From NCBI GenBank assembly GCA_964623505.1, contig CAZUSP010000002.1:1-48464 (forward strand): a stretch of DNA of 48,464 nucleotides, in the 5' to 3' direction. Of the stretch, positions 16,971 through 26,094 are shown in pieces. Every line of letters starts with the position of its first letter. The first letter of the stretch is position 1. Below the pieces are notes generated by a model. That model was not told the origin of the DNA and did no database searches. It saw only the letters and a list, made by a program, of their open reading frames with translations. A program made the translations under genes and the position numbers. The DNA is from an uncultured Candidatus Saccharibacteria bacterium. GTDB lineage: Bacteria > Patescibacteriota > Minisyncoccia > Minisyncoccales > UBA1441.

Positions 16971-17768
16971 ATGATTGGCCTCTTTGATTCAGGCGTTGGG
17001 GGGCTGACGGTCGCCAAAGAAGTATTGGCCCTCTTGTCAGAGTACGAAATAATCTATTTTGGCGATACGGCTCGACTGCCTTACGGCACCAAGCAGGCTG
17101 GCTTGATCAAAAAATGGTCGCAAGAAAACATTGAATGGTTGATCGGACAAGGGGCCGAAATAATCATAATTGCCTGTCACACCGCCTCTTCGTGGGCTTA
17201 TGATTTTTTAAAGATAGGCGCCGCCAAGCCCATCTTTGATGTGGTTAATCCAAGTATTGCCGAGGCCTTGACCACCACCCAGAATGGGCGCATTGGGATT
17301 ATTGGCACGCCCGGAACTATTGCCAGCGGAATTTATCCGCGAAAGATAGAGAAGATTAGCAGACACACTCAGCTTTATCTCAAGGCCTGTCCTCTTTTCG
17401 TTCCGATTATTGAAGAAGGGTGGATGCATAAACCTGGCACCAAAGAGATAGCCCAAGAATATTTGAGTTATTTGGCTGACCAAAAGATTGATACAATGAT
17501 TTTAGGCTGCACACACTATCCTTTACTGCTCGATGTTATCCAGGAAATTGTCGGCCCAGGCGTCAAGATCATTAATCCAGCCCGAGCTTTGGTCGGAAAG
17601 ATAAAAGATTTTTTAGAAAAAAATCAAGACATTGAGAAAAGAATTAAGAAAGGTCAAAACCATCGATTCTTTTTCAGCTCCCAGCCATATCATTTAGATT
17701 TAATCAGTCAACTTTGCTTAGATTATAAAATTAAAGGTATAGTCATTGATGCTGATCGAGCAGTTTAA
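16971..17768 (+). CDS. murI: glutamate racemase
   Basis: GLFDSGVGGLTV, IIACHTAS and LGCTHYPLL catalytic Cys contexts. Confidence 0.9.
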   Translation: MIGLFDSGVGGLTVAKEVLALLSEYEIIYFGDTARLPYGTKQAGLIKKWSQENIEWLIGQGAEIIIIACHTASSWAYDFLKIGAAKPIFDVVNPSIAEALTTTQNGRIGIIGTPGTIASGIYPRKIEKISRHTQLYLKACPLFVPIIEEGWMHKPGTKEIAQEYLSYLADQKIDTMILGCTHYPLLLDVIQEIVGPGVKIINPARALVGKIKDFLEKNQDIEKRIKKGQNHRFFFSSQPYHLDLISQLCLDYKIKGIVIDADRAV

Positions 17769-18028
17769 AGACAAGAAAGTGTTGATTTTAAGCCCGGATC
17801 GGGAAGGACTTTCTTGGTCTAGGAACAAAAGTGGACCTCGAATCAAGGTGATGGGGGAAAATGGAAGAGACGGTCGGGTATACCTATGAAACATTGGCTC
17901 AGGTGGGCATTTGCCTGCTTTCGCCAGCATCGGTCAGTTTTAGCAGATTTAGAAATTATCAAGAGCGGGGAAATAGTTTTTCTTTTTGGGTCAAAAAAAT
18001 AAATGAAGAAAAACAATCAAAAAAATAG
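17749..18028 (+). pseudogene. murD: internally deleted murD relic (N-terminal ~35 codons plus C-terminal ~45 codons)
   Basis: Frame 1 reads MLIEQFKDKKVLILSPDREGLSWSRNKSGPRIKVMGEN, a Rossmann-like MurD start. Frame 2 reads ...TLAQVGICLLSPASVSFSRFRNYQERGNSFSFWVKK, matching the MurD C-terminal LLSPAcAS.DqF.nyeeRG..F. It sits in the canonical mraY-murD-ftsW position. Confidence 0.6.
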
Positions 18029-19103
18029 AAATATTCGATTGGCTATCGCGGGCATTGTTTTCGCTTTGTTGGTCATCGGTCTTTTCTTTTTAACTACCGT
18101 TTCGGCTCCAACGGCCCTGGCCAAGCTTCAAGATGGTTTCTATTATCTAAGACGTCAGTTGTTAAATGGTCTTTTGGTTGGACTGATTTTGGGGTTTATT
18201 GCCTTCAAAATTCCACTTGATCGCTTTAAGAGGATTACGCCGTATCTTTTCGGCGCCAATTTAATTTTAATGATCTTATTGTTCTTGCCCCCTTTTTCCA
18301 GAGTTTTAGGGGGTGGCCGTCGTTGGTTAGATTTAGGCATTGTCTCTTTTCAGCCAGCCGAGTTGTTGAAAGTAACTTTTATTCTTTACTTTGCCTACCT
18401 GGCCAGCCAATTTACCAAAAGAAATGAATATCGAAAACTCTTTATGGCTTTTGTTGCCATTATGTTATTAGTTGGAACCTTAATGGTCATGCAGCCGGAT
18501 TTGAGTACTTTAGCCGTGATTGTCGTGATCGGAATAGGAATGTATTTCACCGCTGGAATTCCATTGGGAAATATTTTTCTTCTGGCGGCCCTGATCGCCG
18601 GGGCATTTTTTCTGCTGACAAAATTCTCGACTTATCGATTGACTCGATTGTTGACCTTTTTAAATCCAGGCGAAGCGCCGATGACCGGCGGCTATCAGAT
18701 TAGGCAGATGCTTTATGCCATCGGCTCGGGGGGGTTGTTTGGGTTGGGATTGGGATTCAGTCGCCAGAAGTTTGGTTTTCTGCCTCACTCCATAAGTGAT
18801 TCGATCTTTGCTATAATAGGGGAGGAGGGTGGATTCATCGGGACTTCCTTGATCATAGTTCTTTTTATTGTCTTGGCTTGGCTTGGTTTCCGATTAGCCC
18901 TTGCCCAGGAAGATCGCTTTCGCCAACTATTGATCATTGGGGTGACTATTTGGATTACCGCTCAAGCATTTGTCCACATTGCAGCCAACATTGGCCTGAT
19001 GCCTTTGACGGGAATACCTCTGCCGTTTATCAGCTTTGGGGGATCTGCCTTGGCGACTCAACTTATTGGTCTCGGATTTTTGTTGAATGATTCAAAAAAA
19101 TAA
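18003..19103 (+). CDS. ftsW: SEDS-family peptidoglycan polymerase FtsW
   Basis: 366 aa, polytopic, with QPAELLK, PDLSTL, SDSIFAIIGEEGGFIG and PLPFISFGGS motifs, in dcw context. Confidence 0.88.
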   Translation: MKKNNQKNRNIRLAIAGIVFALLVIGLFFLTTVSAPTALAKLQDGFYYLRRQLLNGLLVGLILGFIAFKIPLDRFKRITPYLFGANLILMILLFLPPFSRVLGGGRRWLDLGIVSFQPAELLKVTFILYFAYLASQFTKRNEYRKLFMAFVAIMLLVGTLMVMQPDLSTLAVIVVIGIGMYFTAGIPLGNIFLLAALIAGAFFLLTKFSTYRLTRLLTFLNPGEAPMTGGYQIRQMLYAIGSGGLFGLGLGFSRQKFGFLPHSISDSIFAIIGEEGGFIGTSLIIVLFIVLAWLGFRLALAQEDRFRQLLIIGVTIWITAQAFVHIAANIGLMPLTGIPLPFISFGGSALATQLIGLGFLLNDSKK

Positions 19104-20217
19104 AAAAAAGAAAATAAAAGTAGTTTTTACCGGCGGCGGAAGCGGGGGGCATATTTTTCCGATCATCGCCATTATCAGAGAAATAAAGAAAATTGATCGA
19201 GAGAGTTTGTTTAGTTTTTATTATATCGGGCCACGAGAGAACTTGGCCATGCTGCTGCCAAAAGAAGGAGTCAAGACAAAATTCACCCTCGGCGGAAAGA
19301 TCAGGAGATATTTTTCTTGGCGCAATTTTATCGATGTTTTATTCAGAATTCCAATTAGTTTCGTTCTTTCGTTTTTTTATCTTTTCTTTATTTCTCCCGA
19401 TTTGGTTTTTAGCAAAGGTGGATATGGTTCTTTTCCGACGGTTGTCTGGTCTCTCATGCTTCAAGCCCCTCTTTTCGTTCACGAATCGGATTCTGTCATG
19501 GGGCGAGCGAACAAATTTGGAGCCCGATGGGCTTTAGAGGTTTTCACCTCTTTTCCAAAAGAGAGAGAGAATCAAGGTAAATATATTGCGGTCGGAAACC
19601 CCATCCGAGAAGAGCTGCTTAGTCGTGATCCGGCCGAAGCCCGAAGAACGCTGGGCATACTATCAAACAAGCCGGTTATATTCATCTTGGGCGGCTCTCA
19701 AGGATCCAGAGTCATTAATAACGCAGTCGTTGATGTTCTTCAGCCCCTACTGGAACAATTTGAAGTTATTCATCATTGCGGACCGGACTTCCGGGAGATA
19801 AGGATAGCGACGAAGATATCCGTTGACGAAAAGTTTTCAAAGTCTTATCATCCATATGAGTTCTTGAACGACTGGGAAATTGGCAACGCCTACCAATCGG
19901 CCGATCTGGTGGTTTCCCGAGCCGGAGCGGGAAGCATCTTTGAAATAGCGGCCTTTGGCAAGCCAAGCATTCTTGTGCCCCTGGCTAATTCAGCCGCCAA
20001 TCATCAGATCAAGAATGCCTATGCCTTTGCTCTTTACGGCTCTCAAGTGATTGAAGAAAACAACTTCACTCCTCATTTTTTTCTTAAATCTATACAGCAT
20101 GCCTTTAGCGACCGAGAATCGCTTCAGAAAAGGGGAGAAGCCGCCCGCATTTTCGGACGCCCTCGAGCGGCTCGAATTATTGCTGAATATATATTTAGTT
20201 ATCTAACCTTGAAATGA
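19087..20217 (+). CDS. murG: UDP-N-acetylglucosamine--N-acetylmuramyl-(pentapeptide) pyrophosphoryl-undecaprenol GlcNAc transferase
   Basis: FTGGGSGGHIFPIIAI, GGSQGS, SRAGAGSIFE, NHQ..NA motifs. Confidence 0.9.
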   Translation: MIQKNKKKKIKVVFTGGGSGGHIFPIIAIIREIKKIDRESLFSFYYIGPRENLAMLLPKEGVKTKFTLGGKIRRYFSWRNFIDVLFRIPISFVLSFFYLFFISPDLVFSKGGYGSFPTVVWSLMLQAPLFVHESDSVMGRANKFGARWALEVFTSFPKERENQGKYIAVGNPIREELLSRDPAEARRTLGILSNKPVIFILGGSQGSRVINNAVVDVLQPLLEQFEVIHHCGPDFREIRIATKISVDEKFSKSYHPYEFLNDWEIGNAYQSADLVVSRAGAGSIFEIAAFGKPSILVPLANSAANHQIKNAYAFALYGSQVIEENNFTPHFFLKSIQHAFSDRESLQKRGEAARIFGRPRAARIIAEYIFSYLTLK

Positions 20218-21740
20218 GCGATGGAAAACTGAAATTAGCCGCCCCCGATAAAGTGAGAGTCAGGTTGGCTCCTTCGCCGACCGGTCCTTTGCACATTGGA
20301 ACAGCCAGAACGGCTTTATTCAACTACCTTTTTGCGCGACAAAGACAGGGTTCTTTTGTCTTAAGAATAGAAGACACCGATCGAGAGAGATCAAAAAAGA
20401 AATGGGAGAGAGACATCATTGATCATCTGACCTGGCTTGGAATAGACTGGGACGAGGGTCCAGATCGAGGGGGCGCCTTTGGCCCCTATCGGCAAACCGA
20501 GAGGCTGGATATTTATGAGCCGTACATCCAAAAATTACTGGACAAAGGACAAGCGTATTATTGTTTTTGTACTCGTGAAGAATTGACGGCCCAAAGAGAA
20601 TATCAAGCCAGTTCGGGGAAAGCTCCCCGCTATATCGGTCGTTGCCATGAAATTGAGCCAAAAGAAGCGGCCGACCGGATAAAAAAAGGAGAAAATTCGG
20701 TGATTAGGCTCAAAACTCCAAAAAAAAGAGTGATTTCGTTTGATGATCGAATATGTGGGAAGACAGAGTTTCAGTCATCGGAATTGGGTGATTTCATTAT
20801 TGCCAAAAGTCTAACGGAGCCACTTTACAACTTGGCCGTCGTGATCGATGACTACCTAATGAAGATCACCCACGTTATTCGCGGCGCCGACCACATTTCA
20901 AATACTCCCAAACAAATACTGATCGGCGAATTTCTGGAGATGAATATTCCCCATTTTGCCCATCTGCCTTTGGTGCTTAGCGCCAGTCGAAAAAAACTAA
21001 GCAAGCGAGAAGAGGTGGTGGCTATGAGCGAGTATCGCCAGATAGGATATCTACCCCAGGCTTTTTTCAACTTCATCGCCTTGTTGGGGTGGAACGAGGG
21101 AGTAGATCGGGAGATATATGATCAGAAAGAGTTGATTGAGAAATTCAGCTTAGAGAAGATTCAGAGATCTGGGGCGATATTTGATGTAACCAGATTGAAA
21201 TGGATGAATGGCCATTATATTAGACAAGAACCGCTGCCGGTATTAGCCAAGATATGTCTTCCTTATTTGATCGAAGCCGGCTACCTGAAACCAGATCCCC
21301 AAAACGCCCACCAGTATCAGGTCAAAGAAACAAAAGAGATCATGTCTTTGAATTATCTTGAGAAGATCATCGCCCTTTATCAAGAAAGACTCAAAATACT
21401 TTCCGAGATCACCGAGTTAACAGATTATTTCTTTAAGAAAGAGATAGATTATCCCTCCCAACTTCTTATCTGGAAGAATAAAGATAAGAGAGAAATAAAA
21501 GAATCTCTTGACAAGTCAATTAAAAGTTTGTCGGCATTAAAGAAAGAATGGTCTTTAGAGAAGATTACGGAAACGCTTTTGAACTTAGCGAATCAGATGG
21601 GGGACAGAGGGACCTTGCTCTGGCCAGTTCGGGTTGCTTTGACCGGAAAAGAGAACTCGGCGGGCCCTTTTGAGGTTGCCTCGGTTCTGGGACCGGATAA
21701 GACAATAGAGCGGCTTAAAAAGGCCTACCGGGTCCTTTGA
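20214..21740 (+). CDS. gltX: glutamyl-tRNA synthetase
   Basis: RLAPSPTGPLHIGTARTALFNYLFA (HIGH) and KLSKR (KMSKS). 508 aa. Its ATGA overlaps murG. Confidence 0.92.
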   Translation: MSDGKLKLAAPDKVRVRLAPSPTGPLHIGTARTALFNYLFARQRQGSFVLRIEDTDRERSKKKWERDIIDHLTWLGIDWDEGPDRGGAFGPYRQTERLDIYEPYIQKLLDKGQAYYCFCTREELTAQREYQASSGKAPRYIGRCHEIEPKEAADRIKKGENSVIRLKTPKKRVISFDDRICGKTEFQSSELGDFIIAKSLTEPLYNLAVVIDDYLMKITHVIRGADHISNTPKQILIGEFLEMNIPHFAHLPLVLSASRKKLSKREEVVAMSEYRQIGYLPQAFFNFIALLGWNEGVDREIYDQKELIEKFSLEKIQRSGAIFDVTRLKWMNGHYIRQEPLPVLAKICLPYLIEAGYLKPDPQNAHQYQVKETKEIMSLNYLEKIIALYQERLKILSEITELTDYFFKKEIDYPSQLLIWKNKDKREIKESLDKSIKSLSALKKEWSLEKITETLLNLANQMGDRGTLLWPVRVALTGKENSAGPFEVASVLGPDKTIERLKKAYRVL

Positions 21741-21832
21741 ATAGCATTCTCGGGGGTTGACTTCCTGACGAGAGGGAGTAGTATCTGGTTTGTGAGTTAG
21801 CTTCGCATAATGTAGATTAACCGAAGTATAAT

Positions 21833-22807
21833 ATGGAAAAAAGTCAGAAGACTATAATAGACCATATCCCGGACTTTTTAGACTGGATAGATGTTGAAAA
21901 GGGTTTATCTAACAAAACTCAAGAAAATTATGGGCGCTTTCTAAAAAAATTTTCATCTTGGTTGGAAAACAATCGTCTCTCTCACCTCAAGCCCCATGAA
22001 TTTGATTCAAGCCACATTTGGCAGTATCGTGTTTCTTTGGCTCGCTCCATTGATAAGAACGGTCGAACACTTAAAAAAGTCACCCAAAACTATTATCTGA
22101 TCGCCCTGAGGGCTATGTTTAACTTTTTTGCTGCCCGAGATATAGAGTCTCTTCCATCGGAAAAAATAGAATTGGCCAAGCAGAAAAAGGATAAAAAGAT
22201 AAACTTTTTGAAATTAGAACAGGTCTCAAAGTTACTTCAGGGCCCAAATACAGCTACTTTTATGGGGCTTCGTGACCGCACCATTATTGAAGTTCTTTTC
22301 TCAACCGGTTTGCGTATAAGTGAGCTAACCTCTTTGAACAGAAATCAATTCAGAGATGATCGTCTCGACCAGTCAATTGAGCTAGGAATTGTTGGCAAGG
22401 GCAGTTATCCTCGAACGGTCTACTTCTCGGCCAGGTCAGTCCGGTGGCTAAAAAAATATCTGGAGGTCCGTGATAAATTGACTGGTCCCAATCAAGCAAT
22501 GGACGGTCCCCTCTTCATCAATCAAAAATCACCTCGGGTCAAGATTGGCCGTTTAACTGATCGTTCTGTTGAGAACATAATCAAAAAATATGTCCTTCGG
22601 GCCGGGCTGCCGATGAGCACAACGCCTCATACCTTGAGACACTCTTTCGCCACCGATTTGTTGAATCAAGGAGCTGACCTGCGAACAGTTCAAGAGTTCT
22701 TGGGACACCAAAACATAGCCACCACCCAGATATATACTCATGTTACCAACAAGAGGCTCAAAGAGCTTCATCAGAAGTTCCACGGAGGCGAAGGTCTTAA
22801 AGAGTGA
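21833..22807 (+). CDS. tyrosine recombinase, XerC/XerD-like
   Basis: C-terminal HTLRHSFATDLLNQGADLRTVQEFLGHQNIATTQIYTHV (R..HxxR..Y catalytic set). An N-terminal SAM-like domain is present. Confidence 0.85.
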   Translation: MEKSQKTIIDHIPDFLDWIDVEKGLSNKTQENYGRFLKKFSSWLENNRLSHLKPHEFDSSHIWQYRVSLARSIDKNGRTLKKVTQNYYLIALRAMFNFFAARDIESLPSEKIELAKQKKDKKINFLKLEQVSKLLQGPNTATFMGLRDRTIIEVLFSTGLRISELTSLNRNQFRDDRLDQSIELGIVGKGSYPRTVYFSARSVRWLKKYLEVRDKLTGPNQAMDGPLFINQKSPRVKIGRLTDRSVENIIKKYVLRAGLPMSTTPHTLRHSFATDLLNQGADLRTVQEFLGHQNIATTQIYTHVTNKRLKELHQKFHGGEGLKE

Positions 22808-22955
22808 AATCTTCTATTATTAGCGGTTCTTGTGTTTGATAAGAAGCGAAAAGATAGCCAAGGCCAAATGACAAGAAGGCTATTAAAAAGATCAAGAGCA
22901 TCGTTTTCCATTTACCCGGATCCATTCCTATTCTTTTTTTAAGATCAGCAAACAT
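22798..22955 (-). CDS. possible 52-aa single-pass membrane peptide (below the ORF-track cutoff)
   Basis: The minus-strand ORF reads MFADLKKRIGMDPGKWKTMLLIFLIAFLSFGLGYLFASYQTQEPLIIEDFTL, with a clear TM helix. Its 3' end overlaps the xer stop by 10 nt. Confidence 0.35.
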
Positions 22956-22959
22956 AATC

Positions 22960-22988
22960 TAGACAAAGAACGTTGATTGAATTATAAT
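22960..22988 (+). promoter_or_regulatory. candidate sigma70-type promoter for rpmA
   Basis: TAGACA (22960-22965), 17-nt spacer, TATAAT (22983-22988), 11 nt before the ATG. Confidence 0.45.
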
Positions 22989-22999
22989 GAAACATTGTC

Positions 23000-23272
23000 A
23001 TGGCTAAAAAAGCATCTAAAAAAGCAACTAGTAATGCTCGTGATTCTCGATCAAAACGACTCGGGGTAAAGATATTTGGTGGTCAAAAAGTGGAGCCAGG
23101 CATGATTTTGATCAGGCAGCGTGGCACTAAATTCATTCCTGGCCGCAACGTTCGAATCGGCCGAGACGATACTCTGTACGCTTCCAGATCGGGAGTTGTT
23201 GAGTTCAAGATGCGGCGAAAAATTGGATTTGATGGACAACAAAGAACTGTCCAAGTGCTTAACGTTCGCTAA
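23000..23272 (+). CDS. rpmA: 50S ribosomal protein L27
   Basis: [44 protein letters not shown]. Confidence 0.93.
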   Translation: MAKKASKKATSNARDSRSKRLGVKIFGGQKVEPGMILIRQRGTKFIPGRNVRIGRDDTLYASRSGVVEFKMRRKIGFDGQQRTVQVLNVR

Positions 23273-23702
23273 TTTCAATTCTTGTTTTGGCAACTAACTC
23301 TGGCGTCAGTTTGATGGAAACATCGAACTGGCCTAGTTTTTTTATTGGATATTCAAGCATTATTTTCTCTTTATCAACAGAAAAACCTTCTTCTGTCAAT
23401 ACTTGGGCTATCTGAGCTGAGTCCACCGACTTAAACAATTGGCCCTTCTCCCCTGCTTCAACCAATATCTTAAAGGTCTTACCCGCCAAACTTTTGACCT
23501 GTTTTTCAGCTTGAGCCAATCGCTCTCGCTGAATCCTAGCGCGGGTTTCTTGGGTTCGAGCCAGCTCGGCCAGATTAACCTTATTGGCTGGCTTGACCAA
23601 CCCTTTCGGGATTAAATAATTTCTGGCGTGCCCGGCAGAAACTTGTTTTACTTCTCCCTTCAGGCCTAACTTGGGAACATCTTGATTAAGAATTACTTTC
23701 AT
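23259..23702 (-). CDS. rplI: 50S ribosomal protein L9
   Basis: [35 protein letters not shown]. Confidence 0.92.
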   Translation of the reverse strand: MKVILNQDVPKLGLKGEVKQVSAGHARNYLIPKGLVKPANKVNLAELARTQETRARIQRERLAQAEKQVKSLAGKTFKILVEAGEKGQLFKSVDSAQIAQVLTEEGFSVDKEKIMLEYPIKKLGQFDVSIKLTPELVAKTRIEISER

Positions 23703-23703
23703 C

Positions 23704-24915
23704 TTAATTAATGGTTTCTTTTAATATTTCTAAAGCCTTGTCTAATTGAGGATCTTGCCCGCTCTCCAAGAAATCTTCAAAGTTCATTTCAACCGTGACA
23801 TCCGGTTCAAGTCCATCTGATTCGATCAAGTGGCCATCCGGAGTAAGCCATTTGGCAATAGTGATCTTGACCAGCGAGCCGTCTCTTAGATTAAACGTTT
23901 GCTGGACTGATCCTTTGCCAAAAGACTGCTCGCCGACCATTTTTGTTCCCCTGTTGTCCCTAAGCGCACCAGCCAATATCTCGGAACCGGAGGCACTCCC
24001 CTGATTGATCAAAATAATTGTTGGATAATGAGAAAGCTTGGCATTTCCTTGAGCATAAAACTCTTCTTTTTGACCAGATCCAAGCTCTTCAATTGCCACC
24101 AGATCACCTCTATTCAAAAACCAGCCAGCTACGTCCACCGCTACTTCAAGATAGCCCCCCGGATTATTTCTTAGATCAAGTATTAATCCCTTGGCTGAAC
24201 TCTTGAGTATCTCTCCGGCAGCTGCTTGGAAATTACGAACCAGTCCTTCATGAAAATGATGAATCTTGAAGTAGGCAATATCTTGATCTATCAACTCCCA
24301 GCTGACTGAAGGAATTTTGATCACTGCCCGGGTGAGGATGAACTCCCTTTCCTCAAAAACATCCGGTCGCCGGATGCTCAAGTTAACCTCTGTTCCCTTG
24401 GGGCCCCTGATCAACCTGACCGCTTCTTCAGTCGTAATATCCAGAGCCGAGCGGTCATTGATCTTGATGATTTGGTCGCCTGGACGCAGTCCGGCTTTTT
24501 CAGCCGGTGTATTTTTAAGCGGAGAAATAACCGTGATGAAGCTTTTTTTAAGACCTATTTCCATTCCCACCCCCTCGATCTCTCCGGAAAGATTCTCTCG
24601 AAACTTGACCGATTCTTCCGGATTAAAAAAAGAAGTGTGGGGATCTTTAGAAGACCTAAGCATGCCACCGATCGCCCCATGTATCATCTCTTCTCGATTC
24701 AGATCTTCAGGGTTAATATAATATTTTTCTAAATAATTCCAGGCCTCCCAAAAAACAGATAAATCAACTTCTTCCGGCGGAACTATCGGTGCTCGGCAAG
24801 AAATCAATCCTTGCTGTAAAAGCAAAGCCGTGATGATTATCCCGCCAACGAAAAAACCAAGGACAAAAACGCCCCAAGAGCTTTTTTGATTTAATTTGTT
24901 TTTAATATTAATCAT
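23704..24915 (-). CDS. carboxy-terminal processing protease (S41) with PDZ domain
   Basis: N-terminal TM anchor, PDZ (GLRPGDQIIKIND), and the catalytic context NQGSASGSEILAGAL...GKGSVQ. Confidence 0.88.
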   Translation of the reverse strand: MINIKNKLNQKSSWGVFVLGFFVGGIIITALLLQQGLISCRAPIVPPEEVDLSVFWEAWNYLEKYYINPEDLNREEMIHGAIGGMLRSSKDPHTSFFNPEESVKFRENLSGEIEGVGMEIGLKKSFITVISPLKNTPAEKAGLRPGDQIIKINDRSALDITTEEAVRLIRGPKGTEVNLSIRRPDVFEEREFILTRAVIKIPSVSWELIDQDIAYFKIHHFHEGLVRNFQAAAGEILKSSAKGLILDLRNNPGGYLEVAVDVAGWFLNRGDLVAIEELGSGQKEEFYAQGNAKLSHYPTIILINQGSASGSEILAGALRDNRGTKMVGEQSFGKGSVQQTFNLRDGSLVKITIAKWLTPDGHLIESDGLEPDVTVEMNFEDFLESGQDPQLDKALEILKETIN

Positions 24916-24925
24916 AATCAGGAAG

Positions 24926-24997
24926 TGGGTCCGGTGCGACTCGAACGCACAACTTACTGCTTAAAAGGCAGTTACTCTACCTTTGAGTTACGGACCC
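24926..24997 (-). tRNA. tRNA-Lys (anticodon UUU), no encoded CCA
   Basis: Hand-folded. Acceptor GGGTCCG/CGGACCC, anticodon stem ACTGC/GCAGT with loop CTTTTAA, T arm GTGCG-TTCGAGT-CGCAC. Confidence 0.9.
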
Positions 24998-25018
24998 AAT
25001 GACAAAATTCATTTTAGG

Positions 25019-26089
25019 TTATAAGCCCCTTTTTTGCAAATCTTTTAAAGCCCTTTCCTGGTCCCCGGTCAACTTCTTGGGAACATTGATCTTGGTTTCT
25101 AGAAAAAGATCTCCACGGCCGAATCGGCCATAATGGGGAATTCCTTCTCCTTTTACCTTAATGATGCTTCCAGAAGCAGTTCCTTTTGGAAGACTAACAT
25201 CGATTTTTTTGCCCGAAAGCCCGGTGATGATCGTCAGCCCACCAAGCGTCGCTTGAGAAAAGCTAATTGGTAAAACAGCCAATAAGTCATCTCCCTGCCG
25301 CTGAAAAACAGGATGGGATCTAACGGCAATCTCGACATAAAAATCACCCGATAGCTGTCCCCTGATCCCAGCCTGGCCTTGTTGGCTGAATTTTAAAACT
25401 TGTCCCTGGTCTACTCCGGCTGGAATGGAAATGTCCACCGATGCCCTCTGCTTGACTCTCCCCTGTCCATGACAGACATGGCAAGGACTATCCGGCACCC
25501 GACCAAAACCCTGACATTCAGGGCAAAAGCTGTAACGAGTCATACTGCCGAAAATGGTTCTTTTAATCTGGTGAACCTGTCCTTTCCCCCGGCAAGCCGA
25601 GCATTCTTTGTCTTTCGAGCCAGGCTCTCCTCCCCCTCCTCGGCATCTTTCGCAAACATTATATTTTTCAAGATTGATTTTTTTTGTTTGAGCTGCAAGG
25701 GTTTCGGCCAAATCAATTTGAATTCTCAAATGAATATCATCTCCTCGAGGAGCTTTTTTTTGCCTTGATTCCCGGCGAAAGGCAAAATCAAAAAGATCCC
25801 CCAGATTAAGATCGCTGAAAATGTCACTGAAATCAGCTGATTGAAAATCAAAACCAAATGGCGACCCGCCAGCATGATGTTGCCCCGAAAAAGACGATCC
25901 AAATTGATCGTATTGAGCTCTCTTGGCGTCATGCGAGAGAACCTGATAAGCTTCGTTGATCTTCTTGAACTGGGTTTCATTCCCACCCTTGTCGGGATGG
26001 TGCTTGTGGGCTAATCGACGATAGGCTTTTTTAATTTCGTCCCGAGAAGCATTACGATTAACCCCTAAAATTTCATAATAATCTTCCAT
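25019..26089 (-). CDS. dnaJ: chaperone DnaJ
   Basis: DYYEILGV...HPDK J domain, G/F region, four CxxCxGxG zinc-finger repeats. Confidence 0.93.
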   Translation of the reverse strand: MEDYYEILGVNRNASRDEIKKAYRRLAHKHHPDKGGNETQFKKINEAYQVLSHDAKRAQYDQFGSSFSGQHHAGGSPFGFDFQSADFSDIFSDLNLGDLFDFAFRRESRQKKAPRGDDIHLRIQIDLAETLAAQTKKINLEKYNVCERCRGGGGEPGSKDKECSACRGKGQVHQIKRTIFGSMTRYSFCPECQGFGRVPDSPCHVCHGQGRVKQRASVDISIPAGVDQGQVLKFSQQGQAGIRGQLSGDFYVEIAVRSHPVFQRQGDDLLAVLPISFSQATLGGLTIITGLSGKKIDVSLPKGTASGSIIKVKGEGIPHYGRFGRGDLFLETKINVPKKLTGDQERALKDLQKRGL

Positions 26090-26094
26090 ACCGC

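Noticed and set aside
17718-17930. A 70-aa minus-strand ORF between murI and ftsW.
   Set aside because: It is antisense to the murD relic, has a Pro/Ser/Leu-rich composition and no recognisable motifs. The plus-strand MurD fragments explain the region better.
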